DNA of 64,000 bases from the human T2T-CHM13v2.0 reference genome, Homo sapiens, in the NCBI RefSeq assembly GCF_009914755.1, contig NC_060935.1, one strand, 5' to 3'. Both the position numbers and the translations under genes were made by a program. This document shows positions 1 to 16,589 of the stretch, in pieces. The notes beneath the pieces are model-generated. The model searched no databases and was not told where the DNA came from. It worked only from the letters and a program-made list of their open reading frames with translations. The first letter of the stretch is position 1. Every line of letters begins with the position of its first letter.

Positions 1-24
1 GTTATCAATTTTTGTTATCACTAG

Positions 25-125
25 GAGTGAAAGCTGGACATTGAAGAAGCCAAAATCTGTTTCCAAGAAACTAAAGAGTGTATTCCGAGTACCAGATCTG
101 AGTGGGATGCTGCAAGTTCTTAAAG
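25..125 (+). CDS. TRIM22: TRIM22 internal coding exon (101 bp, linker before PRY/SPRY)
   Basis: ctag|GAGTG acceptor and AAAG|gtaag donor; encodes SESWTLKKPKSVSKKLKSVFRVPDLSGMLQVLK; phase joins the next exon. Confidence 0.93.
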
Positions 126-428
126 GTAAGGGGATTCAGGGGAAGGCTGTGAATGTGGATTTCTTAGTATCAGGGCTCAATAGGGAAGCGGGAGGTTTTT
201 TTAGGTTAGGATATAGGAGAGGAGGTGGGCCAGAGAAGGAGGAAAATCCTGTGCTGTAGATGTGGTCCTGTCTTAGGGGGAATGACCAGGTGTCTGATTC
301 ATCCTCTCATTCACCAGTGCAAAGAATCCCAGTATTCCCCCTTTCCTTTCCCTACTCTGGAGAAGAGACAGGTGTCAGTACTTACTTATTTGCTTCTAAC
401 AACATCACTGAAACTTTTGTCGTTTCAG

Positions 429-455
429 AGCTGACAGATGTCCAGTACTACTGGG
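429..455 (+). CDS. TRIM22: TRIM22 27-bp coding micro-exon (ELTDVQYYW)
   Basis: tttcag|AGCTGACAGATGTCCAGTACTACTGGG|gtaag; keeps frame between flanking exons; typical of TRIM5/6/22/34. Confidence 0.93.
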
Positions 456-566
456 GTAAGATGATATGGGGTTTTCAAATCACTTCCTTTCAGAATTGTG
501 GTTACTATTAGATCTCATAATCTGAGTCTCATGTGTTCCTCCCCAAACATGCTTAAACCATGTAGT

Positions 567-781
<215 letters not shown>

Positions 782-903
782 TGACTATCAACACAAGTTC
801 CGTTTGATATCGACACAAGTTTCATTTTCAATATGTCTCTTCTCAATGCTGTAAGACACACCTATCCCATATCCTTCACTTGACTTGGTAATTTTTTCTA
901 CAG

Positions 904-1499
904 TGGACGTGATGCTGAATCCAGGCAGTGCCACTTCGAATGTTGCTATTTCTGTGGATCAGAGACAAGTGAAAACTGTACGCACCTGCACATTTAAGAA
1001 TTCAAATCCATGTGATTTTTCTGCTTTTGGTGTCTTCGGCTGCCAATATTTCTCTTCGGGGAAATATTACTGGGAAGTAGATGTGTCTGGAAAGATTGCC
1101 TGGATCCTGGGCGTACACAGTAAAATAAGTAGTCTGAATAAAAGGAAGAGCTCTGGGTTTGCTTTTGATCCAAGTGTAAATTATTCAAAAGTTTACTCCA
1201 GATATAGACCTCAATATGGCTACTGGGTTATAGGATTACAGAATACATGTGAATATAATGCTTTTGAGGACTCCTCCTCTTCTGATCCCAAGGTTTTGAC
1301 TCTCTTTATGGCTGTGCCTCCCTGTCGTATTGGGGTTTTCCTAGACTATGAGGCAGGCATTGTCTCATTTTTCAATGTCACAAACCACGGAGCACTCATC
1401 TACAAGTTCTCTGGATGTCGCTTTTCTCGACCTGCTTATCCGTATTTCAATCCTTGGAACTGCCTAGTCCCCATGACTGTGTGCCCACCGAGCTCCTGA
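904..1499 (+). CDS. TRIM22: TRIM22 last coding exon, B30.2/SPRY domain
   Basis: ttttttctacag|TGGACGTG acceptor; SGKYYWEVDV, RIGVFLDYEAG motifs; ends CLVPMTVCPPSS-TGA as in TRIM22. Confidence 0.96.
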
Positions 1500-1626
1500 G
1501 TGTTCTCATTCCTTTACCCACTTCTGCATAGTAGCCCTTGTGCTGAGACTCAGATTCTGCACCTGAGTTCATCTCTACTGAGACCATCTCTTCCTTTCTT
1601 TCCCCTTCTTTTACTTAGAATGTCTT

Positions 1627-2041
1627 TGTATTCATTTGCTAGGGCTTCCATAGCAAAGCATCATAGATTGCTGATTTAAACTGTAATTGTATTGCCGTAC
1701 TGTGGGCTGGAAATCCCAAATCTAGATTCCAGCAGAGTTGGTTCTTTCTGAGGTCTGCAAGGAAGGGCTCTGTTCCATGCCTCTCTCCTTGGCTTGTAGA
1801 AGGCATCTTGTCCCTATGACTCTTCACATTGTCTTTATGTACATCTCTGTGCCCAAGTTTTCCCTTTTTATTAAGACACCAGTCATACTGGCTCAGGGCC
1901 CACCGCTAATGCCTTAATGAAATCATTTTAACATTATATTCTCTACAAAGACCTTATTTCCAAATAAGATAATATTTGGAGGTATTGGGAATAAAAACTC
2001 CAACATATAAATTTGAGGAAGGCACGATTTCACTCATAACA
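1627..2041 (-). mobile_element. MaLR LTR (MLT1-like) inside TRIM22 3' UTR
   Basis: Starts tgtattcatttgctagggcttccatagcaaag, ends ttcactcataaca; resembles MLT1 termini. Confidence 0.7.
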
Positions 2042-2692
2042 ATCTTACCCTTTCTTGCAAGAGATGCTTGTACATTATTTTCCTAATACCTTGGTTTCAC
2101 TAGTAGTAAACATTATTATTTTTTTTATATTTGCAAAGGAAACATATCTAATCCTTCCTATAGAAAGAACAGTATTGCTGTAATTCCTTTTCTTTTCTTC
2201 CTCATTTCCTCTGCCCCTTAAAAGATTGAAGAAAGAGAAACTTGTCAACTCATATCCACGTTATCTAGCAAAGTACATAAGAATCTATCACTAAGTAATG
2301 TATCCTTCAGAATGTGTTGGTTTACCAGTGACACCCCATATTCATCACAAAATTAAAGCAAGAAGTCCATAGTAATTTATTTGCTAATAGTGGATTTTTA
2401 ATGCTCAGAGTTTCTGAGGTCAAATTTTATCTTTTCACTTACAAGCTCTATGATCTTAAATAATTTACTTAATGTATTTTGGTGTATTTTCCTCAAATTA
2501 ATATTGGTGTTCAAGACTATATCTAATTCCTCTGATCACTTTGAGAAACAAACTTTTATTAAATGTAAGGCACTTTTCTATGAATTTTAAATATAAAAAT
2601 AAATATTGTTCTGATTATTACTGAAAAGATGTCAGCCATTTCAATGTCTTGGGAAACAATTTTTTGTTTTTGTTCTGTTTTCTTTTTGCTTC

Positions 2693-2698
2693 AATAAA
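2693..2698 (+). terminator. Probable TRIM22 polyadenylation signal
   Basis: AATAAA preceded by a U-rich tract; alternative hexamer at 2598-2603. Confidence 0.6.
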
Positions 2699-2994
2699 AC
2701 AATAGCTGGCTCTACTGAAGTCTCATTCTTCAGTTTCCAAAATCTTGCTGCAGATAATATGAGTTTCCATATGTCCAGTAAAGAAGGTCATGTCTAGGCT
2801 CAGCTGTCCTTGATAAGAGACAGCCTTATGCTGTTCAGATCTGTTTCTCGTAATGAAACACTTGTGTGTACCATTGCATTTACCATCCTAGGTACTTTTC
2901 TTTTTTTTTTTTTTTAAGTCTTTTTTCAAACACAGGATGAGTAGTAGAACTACCTAGGATAGCAAAGACACAAAACATTCTTGAAGAAATATAT

Positions 2995-3523
2995 TGTATT
3001 AGTCGGGGTTCTCCAGAGAAACAGAACAATAAGAGATATGTATTTATTATGAGGAATTGGCTTACTTGATTATGGAGGCTAAGACTTCCCATTATCTGCC
3101 ATTTGGAAACCAGAGACCCAAAAGCTGGTGATATAAGTCAGTGTGTCTCTGAAGCCCTAAGAACCAGGGAGCTGATGGTATAAATGCCAGTACAAAGGCA
3201 GAAAAAGATGAGGTGACATGTCTCAGCTCAAGTACTGCGGCAGGAAAAGAAGCAAATATCTTCTTCCTCAACCCTTTCTCCTACTCAGATCCTTTATGGA
3301 TTAGATGATGTCCAGCAACTTGGGGGAGGGCAAGCTTTGGAGAGGTAGCCATTACTGAGTCCAGCTATTCAGGTGCTAATCTTTTTCAGAAACACCCTTA
3401 CAAATACAACCAGAAACACCCTTACAAATACAACCAGAAATACCCTTACAAATACCACCAGAAATAATGTTTAATCCGGGCAATCTATGACCAGTCAAAT
3501 TAGCATGTAAAATTAACCATCAT
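2995..3523 (-). mobile_element. ERVL LTR (MLT2-like)
   Basis: tgtattagtcggggttctccagagaaacagaac...gaggaattggcttac...aaattaaccatca. Confidence 0.75.
3387..3464. repeat. 24-bp tandem repeat, about 3.2 copies
   Basis: CAGAAACACCCTTACAAATACAAC at 3387, 3411 and (variant) 3435. Confidence 0.9.
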
Positions 3524-3724
3524 GTATACATTATAAATTAGGGCAGGTTATGCCATTGTACAGAATTCACATCAAGATTTGTTGGACTTTGAAGAAAGGA
3601 ATAGTGTGAAAGTGCCTGGCTTGAGATTGATATAGACATGTATACACATTCATTCATATATCTATACATATAGGTATATATACATATAATAATATGTATA
3701 AATATATTATAGATACACACATGA

Positions 3725-4148
<424 letters not shown>

Positions 4149-4535
4149 TGATGGTCCCAAAGCTATTGAGTAGAAGAGGCAGGATTAATACCAGGCCTGT
4201 GTTACTAAGCACCTATGCTCACTCCTCTGTACCACACTGCCATGGAGAAGGCCGCAGCCAATTTCCCAGGAGATGGGGACAGAAGGGAGAGCCCAGGAAA
4301 TGCTGATCTGCAGGAGTTTTAAGAAAAACTTTAGGTGCCATCAAATGTAAATTGATAATCTGAATACATATAGCCATAAATGAGGAAGAAGGACATGGAA
4401 GCACTTTATGACAAGTAGGCTATTGCAGATGACATGACGAAAATGTTCCCTCCTCTTGGTGTAGAGGATGAACTTTATAATTGAATGGTTACAAACTTGC
4501 ATTCTGAAAACAGGTGGAATTTTACATAATGATGA

Positions 4536-4554
4536 CATAGCCACCTAGTGGCCC
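4536..4554 (-). promoter_or_regulatory. CTCF-binding motif (predicted)
   Basis: Minus strand GGGCCACTAGGTGGCTATG matches the CTCF core CCAC(C/T)AG(A/G)(G/T)GGC. Confidence 0.6.
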
Positions 4555-4849
4555 TTATAAGACCTACCTGGCAGTGATATTATGAGAATTAAATAATAGT
4601 ATATTTGTAATAACTTCTGCTATTTCATGGAACATATGCACTGACACAAGAGTGGTATATGTTATTTTTTTTCTTGGATTCTTTTCTCTGACTTGAGAAA
4701 AATAATTTTAAGAATGCATACTAATTTAGTTTTGAAATAATTAACTGTTTTAAGAAATAGAATAATCTGAGTAAAGAATCAAAGTCCTTAACATTTTTCA
4801 ATTGAATTATTAATAAAGATTATATTAATGTACAGTATTTTACCCATGC

Positions 4850-5412
4850 AGGTAAAAGTTGCATTAGCTTTCTTTGCTGCATTAAAATAGGCTATTGCAA
4901 ATTTAGTAGCAAGATAAATGTAAGATAACATTTGTTATGTTACAGTATCTGTGGATCAGAAGTCTGGACCCAGCTTAGATGGGTTTTCTCCTTCACGATC
5001 TCTCCATAATGAACTCACAGTGCCAGCTGGGATGAGTTTTCATGTGGAGGTCAGAGTAGGGAAGGACCTATTTCCAAGCTAACTTAGGTTATTAGTAGAA
5101 TTCAGTTCCTTGCTCGTGTAGGACCTAGGCCCTCTGATCCTGAAGACTGCCTGAAGTTTCTTGCTACATGAACCTCTCAATAGGTAGTTCATACTATGGT
5201 TGTTGCCTCTTCAAGGCCAACAGGAGAAGAAGACTATTTTAGTGAGAAGGCCTTACATAATATAAGACAACCATGGTAGTAACATCCCATCACTTTTGCC
5301 ACATAATGTTGCTTATAAGGAATTCAGAAATTCTGCCTACTCTAAAAAGGAAGAAATTTTATAAAGGCATGAGTATAAAGAGGTGGAAATTAGTGGGTGT
5401 CTGTTCGTTACA
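4850..5412 (-). mobile_element. Old MaLR LTR (MLT1E/F-like), approximate
   Basis: ctgtggatcagaagtctgg...agaattcagttccttg resembles MLT1 sequence. Confidence 0.5.
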
Positions 5413-6078
5413 GAGGGGTTTGGAGAAAGCTAGTGAAACAGTTCTCTAGCCACTGCTTAGGGCCCTCTGTCAATGGGAATGGGCAGTGGGCTTCTGCAAG
5501 CCACATAACTCTACTCAGGTCTCTGGCCCTGATAAACACCCTGTAGTGCAGCAAGTTGTTGCAATTTCATAGGAAAGAAAAGAGGTGTAGAGCTCCTCGA
5601 GATCACTTTGCCCAGCAGCCCTAAAGAGACCTTAGAGACTTACGTAAATGCCCTCCAGAGGTAATCTTGCTATAGTTAGTAAGCAAGACTAGCACAGTAT
5701 AGGGTGACTTATTACAGACCTCATTCTTTAGAGCGCCCTGACAGCGGCTGCTGCCTTGATAACAGCACACAAGCAGCAGCAGCAACCACATCCTTCTGGG
5801 CAGTGCCAGAAAGCCTGTGGGAAGCCTAAGCTGAGCTCAAATCAGCCATCCCTGCACGGTTCCCAGAAGTTCTGGCCATAAAACAGCCATCTACCTGGGC
5901 CACTGCTCCACTCAGCTCTCCAATCTCTTCCTGCACCCCAGAAAACATGTCTAAATCTTTATAGACAGCCTCTGTGACTCATCTAGGGTGCTTTTCCCCT
6001 GCCTCTCTCAGTGGGTCTGGGGGTGAGTTAGAGGGCCTTGTTTTGCCCAGATTTCTCAGCTTGCAGAAATAAACAAAA

Positions 6079-9442
<3,364 letters not shown>

Positions 9443-9519
9443 TTGGATTGTTTTCTTTTTACAGAAAAAAAAAAGAATGCCAAAACTGCTAGTCCCCAAT
9501 CTAGTTATCAGATTCAACT

Positions 9520-10070
9520 TTGTTTTAAAAATAAATTTTATTGTGTATATTTAAGGTATACAACACGATGTTATAACATATCTATATCTGTAGTATATAT
9601 ATGTTCCACTGTAGTGGAACAAATTAACATATTCATCATCTCACATAGTTATCCATTTTTCCTCATGTAGCGAAAGCAGCTACAATCTACTCATTCAACA
9701 AAAATCCTGATACAATATACTGTTATTAACTATAGTGCCCATGTTGTACATTAGGTGTTTTGACTTGTTCATTCTGCATGTTTGCTATTTTGTATCTTTT
9801 GACTAATATCTCTATTTCCTCTCTGTGACCCCGACCCTGGTAATGGTTTTATTCTCTATATGTTTGACCCCCCGTTTTTCCAAATTTCACATGTAAGTGA
9901 GGTCATGTGGTATTTGTCTCTCTGTGATGGGCTTATTTAATTCAGTATCATCTCCTCCGGGTCCATTTATGTTACGTCAAATGGCAGGATATCCTCCTTT
10001 TTTAAGCCTGAACAATATTCGCATTCTACATATACTCCACAGTTTGCTTATTTATCCATCCATCCATTGA
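9520..10070 (-). mobile_element. Old L1M 3' fragment
   Basis: ttttattgtgtatatttaaggtatacaac...tcaaatggcaggatatcctcc resembles an L1MA 3' end. Confidence 0.7.
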
Positions 10071-11140
10071 TTCAGTTTTATCTTCACCCTCTCTCTCTTC
10101 AAACTCCTCCAAGATTGGCAAAGTCTGGAACATTTCCTGAATTCCTAAGACTAATTATCCTCATCTCTTGGGAGCTCAGGCAACCTCCAGGGTCAGTTTT
10201 ACACATAATAATAGTTGTGCCTTGTCTTTTGGGAGGTGGAAGGTTGGGGTTGGCAGAAGTAAGCAAAGAGCTAATGCTGGGCACCCTGAGGGCCTTTACT
10301 TAGGTTACTTAAAAGACCACACCGTGGATTCTGGGTGCCCAGAAGTGAAGTATGGAGAGATGCAAGGCCACGGGTGTGCTCTCCAAGAGTCATATGGGTG
10401 TTTAAGATATACCTACATACCTATGTACACACTCACACATACACATTCTCAGAATGTGTCTGGGACCAGCTGCCTATCCTCTCACTGCCTCTCTTTCAGG
10501 TAAGTGTTCTTGATGAGGGTGGGCTTTATGTTCATATTCTGGTGAGCCTCAGCTGTCCAGCACCCCATTGCCCACTTCATTCTTCATCATCATTGCACCA
10601 TTCTCATCAATAAGGTTCCCACTCCCTCATATCCTGTATCTGCTGAAAATGTGTATTCTTTAATTTTTGGATGCATAATTCTACTATAAGCTTTTAAGTC
10701 ATCTTAATTAAAAAAAAATCTGTTGTGTTGAATACATTTCATCTTTTGGTTTCCGAAAGGAGTATATTGCATTTTGTCAGCTCCTCTTTGTATGCCATGC
10801 ATTTTTGCTGTACATACTTCAAGTTCTGTTCTTTAAGTTGATACATGTTTATTTCTTAATATATTAAAATTTATTTAATATTTTATTAATAATGAATCAT
10901 TTTGTCCTTAATAAAAACATTTAGCATAAAATATATCCTCTTGGATATGAATGAAGTTATACTTCATTATTGCTACTGTACTATTACAACTATACCCTAT
11001 GATACATAGCGTCATGATTTCAGAATCATTTGTGTGTATAACATTTCGATCTTTGTTTTCCATGTTGAAGCTCTTTTTTTAAATTGAAGCTCATGTAGCC
11101 TCTTTGTTGTTCTCCACAAGTACTTCGGCAGGGTGCCACC

Positions 11141-12063
11141 ATGACTGCTTGCAATGCCTCACAGGGCCACCCTTCTTTCTTCATTCTCCAAGGAATTCCT
11201 GGCATGGAGGACAAACACAGATGGATATCTATCCCCTTCTCCTCCATGTATTTCGTTATGGTGCTTGGGAACTGCACCATCCTCCTCACCATCTCCACAG
11301 AGCGCTCCCTGCACAAACCCATGTTCCTGCTCCTCTGTCTGTTGGCCCTCACAGACCTGGGCATGTCTACAACCACCATTCCCAAGGTGCTGTGCATTTT
11401 CTGGTTTGGCCAGAGTGAGATCAGCTATGAAGGATGCCTGGTTCAGCTGTTCTTCATCCACTCCATCTCTGCCATGCAGTCAGCTGTCCTGATGACCATG
11501 GCCTTTGACCACTATGTGGCCATCTGCAAGCCCTTGCGCTATGCCACCATCCTTTCCAATAGTTGCACTGGACTCATTGGCTTAGTGAGTTTGGTGAGAG
11601 CTATCCTCTTTATTCTCCCCATGCCCATCCTCCTTCAGCAAATGCCCTATCATGCCAATCGTGTCATCCCCACCACCTCCTGTGAGCACATGGCTGTGGT
11701 GAAGATGGTTTGTGTAGATACTACAGTCAACAGGATATATGGCCTGGTGGTGGCCTTGTTGGTTGCTGGCTAGATCTCTCAGCTATTGCTTCATCTTATG
11801 TGCTAATCATCCAGGCTATAATGCATCTCTCTTCTAAGGAAGCCCACCACAAAGCAGTCAACACCTGCACCACACACATCTGTGTCATGCTTATTTCTTA
11901 TACTCCCTCACTTTTCTCTTTTCTCGCTCACCGCTTTGGCCAAGGCATTCCACCCCATGTCCACATCATTCTTGGCAACCTTTACTTCCTTGTACCTCCA
12001 ATGCTCAGTCCTATAATTTATGGAGTGAAAACTAAGGAGTTCTGGGACAAAGTGACCAAATAG
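11141..12063 (+). pseudogene. OR52U1P: Class I OR family 52 pseudogene (probably OR52U1P)
   Basis: OR motifs LHKPMF, MAFDHYVAIC, KAVNTCTTH, PIIYGVKT; frameshift near 11770 splits it into 11141-11773 and 11710-12063; symbol from recalled gene order. Confidence 0.85.
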
Positions 12064-13623
12064 GGTTGCTGGAAAGAAGAACCCACAACCACTGACCATG
12101 GTCAGAAACTTGTCTGGTAATCCAGCAGCTGTGAGTATGAGGAAGGAATGTTAAGTAGATGCAATTCCTGGGGGAATCAGCTAGTGGTAGAAATATGTTA
12201 TGTTGGCAGATTTAGCTGCCAAGATGTTTATCCTTGGTCAGAGAAGCTAAGGGACAGGAGACCTTCTTGATCTCAGTAATTCCAAAGCAAGGAAATTATC
12301 CCCACTGTGAAATGAAAATAATGACATCTGCTTTCTATACTTGACAGAGGGGTTGGACAAATTACATGTTATAATGTCTGTAAAAGCATTTTGAACAACA
12401 CATGCTGAACACACATAAGATGAGGTAGAATGTTTCCATATGGAGAGAACACATGGGCACCCAATGACTTGCCCAGCATCAAATCAATGAGTTGTAGAAT
12501 GCTACTTACTTTGCCAAGATAAGGCTAAGCTGTGTGTGTAGGTGTGTGTGTGTGTATTTGTGTGTTCAAGGGGAAGGTAAAATGGAGAAGATTGCTTAGG
12601 AGGAGTCAAAAAGGACAATGAATGTTCAAGATTGAATTTAGTCACTATGTTATCCTTACTGCAGAAGACTTACACTTGAGCAACAGAACTGGTTCCTTCC
12701 TTATAAGCCTAGGGAATATGTACAGAAAACATAATCTGAAATTCCCAGAGAAATTTCAAAGGAAAAGGAGAAAATGGGAAACTCTTACTCTTAGAAGGTG
12801 GATATGCATTCTAACAAATTTTATATTTATAAAAATTCCTAGAGTCAACTGTTCTGCTTGTCTCAACTAATTCCAGCATATGACAAGAATCTCTAGCAAA
12901 GAGAAAATTCTGAGAATGTTCTGTGAAGGGTCATAGTTATAAAAGTCAGTGTTATATTGGAAGTCTTGGTTACAGAATTCTGCCAGGCCATTTCTCTGGA
13001 AATCAAGGAAGAAATCATGAACAAGCACTTGGAGTGGTGTGTAGAGTTCAGATCGTGTGCCAAGATATGTGAATACATTAAGTTCAGGAGATATTGTTTA
13101 TCACTTCCAGACATTGATTTGGAATATAGTGGCAAATATTTTAAGACTCATGAAGTTTGTAGCCTGAAATATTTTAGGATTTTTCATCATATTGTATAGC
13201 TAATATGTAAAGGCAGAATTCAGTGAAAAAGACACCTACTTTAAAAGCCACATGACCACTATTTAAATGAGACTCTTAAAATGTCAGGAAAATAAATGCA
13301 ACTTTTCCAGAGTGTTGTTCTAGTTATACTAATAATTAAGGCTTGAAGTAAACAAAAAATTTAATAACATAGGCTCAGAAAGGTGGGATATTTCAGAGCT
13401 TGAAACAAACAGTCCAACCTTCAGGAGAAAAAAAAAAGAGAGAGAACTAACCAGGAAGTGCCTTTTCTATAAATGGAAGACCAGAGATCAAGGAAAATTT
13501 GCAGGAGCATTAATGGCTGAAGAACAGAGTACTGCTTGTCTGAAATAAGTACTAAGCACATATTTAAGCCACTACAAACCTACAAAGAAAAAAAAGTCGT
13601 CAGCAAAATGTTGTGCTTAACAA

Positions 13624-13990
13624 TTTTTTATTTTTATTTTTATTTTTTTTTATTTTATTATTATTATACTTTAAGTTTTAGGGTACATGTGCACAATGTG
13701 CAGGTTAGTTACATATGTATACATGTGCCATGTTGGTGTGCTGCACCCATCAACTCGTCATTTAGCATTAGGTATATCTCCTAATGCTATCCCTCCCCCC
13801 TTCCCCCCACCCCACAACAGTCCCCAGAGTGTGATGTTCCCCTTCCTGTGTCCATGTGTTCTCATTGTTCAATTCCCACCTATGAGTGAGAACATGCGGT
13901 GTTTGGTTTTTTGTCCTTGCAATAGTTTACCGAGAAAGATGATTTCCAGCTTCATCCATGTCCCTACAAAGGGCATGAACTCATCATTTT
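13624..13990 (-). mobile_element. L1PA 3'-end fragment
   Basis: ttattatactttaagttttagggtacatgtgcac...catgaactcatcatttt. Confidence 0.92.
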
Positions 13991-14549
13991 ATACTCATAA
14001 AAAATTCCATAATTTTTTATAATTTTTGCTTATCTCTTTATTTTGAACTTGTATCTATCAATCTTGTTGAAATCTTTATAGACTAACAAATTCTCTGTAG
14101 ATTCTCTTATACTTTCTATGCAAATTGTAATACCATTCATGCTTCCTATTTTTTAATTATCTTTTCTTCTTATTGCATGGCTGTGACCTTTGGTACAATA
14201 CTCAATATGGAAGGAGCAGGGGGATTGCGTACTCCTTTTTATTCTTGCTTTAGAAGCATTTAGAAATGCTTCTAACATTTTTACCATTTATTACACATTT
14301 CTAATTTTTTAGTTCAGCAATATCTCATACTACTTGTGTCTCGTATTTTCTTAAAAAGTAATATAGTCAGTCTAAGATTACATACAGATTTTCACTGGGC
14401 TTCTGTAGTAACATCATATTATACTTCCATTTTTGCAGTGTCTGATTTGTGTCTTATTTCCATTTCTAGTGCTTATTGCTAACACCCCAAATTCCTTGCA
14501 GAATACAATAATGACATAGTAAAATAAATGGAGAAAACACATTGGTTTC

Positions 14550-14930
14550 TTTATTAGTCAAGATTCAATCACAAACACAAAACCATTAGGAGAGATATAT
14601 ACATACACATACACATTCAAGGGATTGGCTTACATAACTGTGGAGGCTGGCTAGGCAAGTCCAAAGTTCACAGAGTGGACAGTCAGAGAAAGTAAAAATC
14701 ACGAGCATGCTGGAATCTGCCCAGGCATGGGATGAAGCTGGTTTCTAGAGGTATGAGTCTTTCTTTTTCCAAGGAAGCCCTAAGCCCCTTTTAAGGTCTT
14801 TTAACCGATTAAGTCAGGCCCACCCCAGATAATTCACCTAACTTAAAGCCAACTGATTAGGGTATTCTGGTATATCTCCGCAACAACTTTGCAGCAACAC
14901 CTGTATTCGTGTTTGAATAACTGAGAGTGG
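14550..14930 (-). mobile_element. ERVL LTR (MLT2-like), approximate
   Basis: tattagtcaag...agggattggcttacataactgtggaggctgg...gtattcgtgtttgaataac. Confidence 0.6.
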
Positions 14931-15404
14931 TGTGTGTGCAATGCAATGGCTGTTATTTCCCTTCCATCTTAAGTCTCACAAGAGATTATTTCTAGTAGTC
15001 CACTTATCTGAAAAGATAATAGAAAGTGAATTCCAGGGAATATAGTTTTGCCTGTGCAAGTTGACACTCCACAGGGCTATTACATTCTCCATAGAATGCA
15101 TTATTCACAAATTTTCCCAGAAGTTGCTGAGAGGTAGACTTGTTTTGTGGGATGAACAAAAAAATTCCCAGTGGGTTGAAGGCTTTTGGAGGCATCTTTA
15201 GCTCTAGAAAGGTAAAATTTTTCAGGTCAAGATTCTAGGAAAGGAAAGTTGCTGCAAGCCTATTCTGCTCTAGATTTTTAACATGACTTATTAAGGATAT
15301 TTGTGGTAGCCAAATTGTCCAGTAGAACTCATGAAGAGTGCAGACCAGATAGCAGTTTGGGGAGAAAAACTCAATCAAAAAACTTAAAAAAAATTTTTTT
15401 TGGG

Positions 15405-15595
15405 GGTGGTGTTTCTTTAAAGTATGATCTCTTGACCAACAGCATTCCCTTTAATTGGAAATTTGTTAGTAAAGGAAATTTTGAGGTCGTGCTCCAAACT
15501 CACTGAATTAGAAACTCTGGGGATGTGGACTAGCAATCTGCTTAACAGGAGCGGTAAGTAGTTTAGAAGTACAAGAACATTTTCAAACCACTGGC
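15405..15595. mobile_element. MER5A-like hAT DNA transposon remnant
   Basis: ctgaattagaaactctggggatgtggactagcaatctg...aaaccactg. Confidence 0.55.
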
Positions 15596-16589
15596 TTAGA
15601 GAGCCTCTCAGGAGCTAAGATAGAGTATGATCACCAGAATTCAGATCCAGTCCAGGTGTGGGCACTGTTCATGGTAAGGATAGATCTCTTTAGATAGGGT
15701 GTGGCTGAAGGAGAAAATAACCAGGGGAGCTTTTGGAAAGAGAATAAGGAGACCGACTTAAGTAAAGATGATAAGGAGTCCAACTGCCATAAACTGTGGA
15801 AAAAGACTACAGTTCTACATTGACAATTCTCCAAACTCTCCCTGCATAACGTGGAATCCAGATCATGGCAGGAGCTACTTTTCTGAGAGGTTTAAGACAC
15901 TCATTCATAACTTGAAGGTCAGGGATGCATGGTGGAGTAAATTACAGTAGTGGTAGGGCTATACCAAATAAATATTTGAGTATTAGAGTATTGGTACCAA
16001 GAGTAAGTTAGTCCATAGAAAAATTAGGTTTTAGGTTTAATGCAAATGAGCTCTTTGACAATATAGTTTACTGAAATAAGTACAGTGGACAGGTTTTCAG
16101 CAAAGGCCACCAGGAGATATAGGTTTGGTAATGCTTAATGCATGTCTTCTCTGGTGTGCTCAGTTCGTAAGATAATTACTTTATATGGTGAAAAATTGTC
16201 TTTAATAAGTCACATCTCCTAGATATCATGTATGGGTACAATTTCCTATTGAGTTTCATTACCATCTTGCTACATCATTCACAGGCAATATAAAAAAATC
16301 AGCAGAGCATTTTACAAAGCCAGTCAGCAAGTCTGGGAACATGTGTAGTAAATTCTCTACAGTATTAGAGTCTTAGGAAAAAGTAAACATAGCAGAATGC
16401 GCCAGAGATAATCACAGAAAAGAGTGGAGGGGAAAGAAAGCATGTCCTGGAATCCTTTGGGTGGTAGAACTGCCTTCAAGTAACCACAGTATTTGTATCC
16501 TCAATGACTCTAAAATGTTAGCTGCCCTTATGGAAATGGTGCCAGTACTGATATGTGGGGAGTTAAAACCAAACCAAAACAACAGGAAA

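Larger units (their letters stand above)
1500..2715 (+). other. TRIM22: TRIM22 3' UTR (end approximate)
   Basis: Follows the stop codon; AATAAA at 2598-2603 and 2693-2698. Confidence 0.75.

Noticed and set aside
41-511. ORFs 41-259 and 260-511 as separate proteins
   Set aside because: They are TRIM22 exons read through into introns; splice sites explain them
5730-5750. gcgccctgacagcgg as a second CTCF site
   Set aside because: Spacing is one base off and the central core does not match
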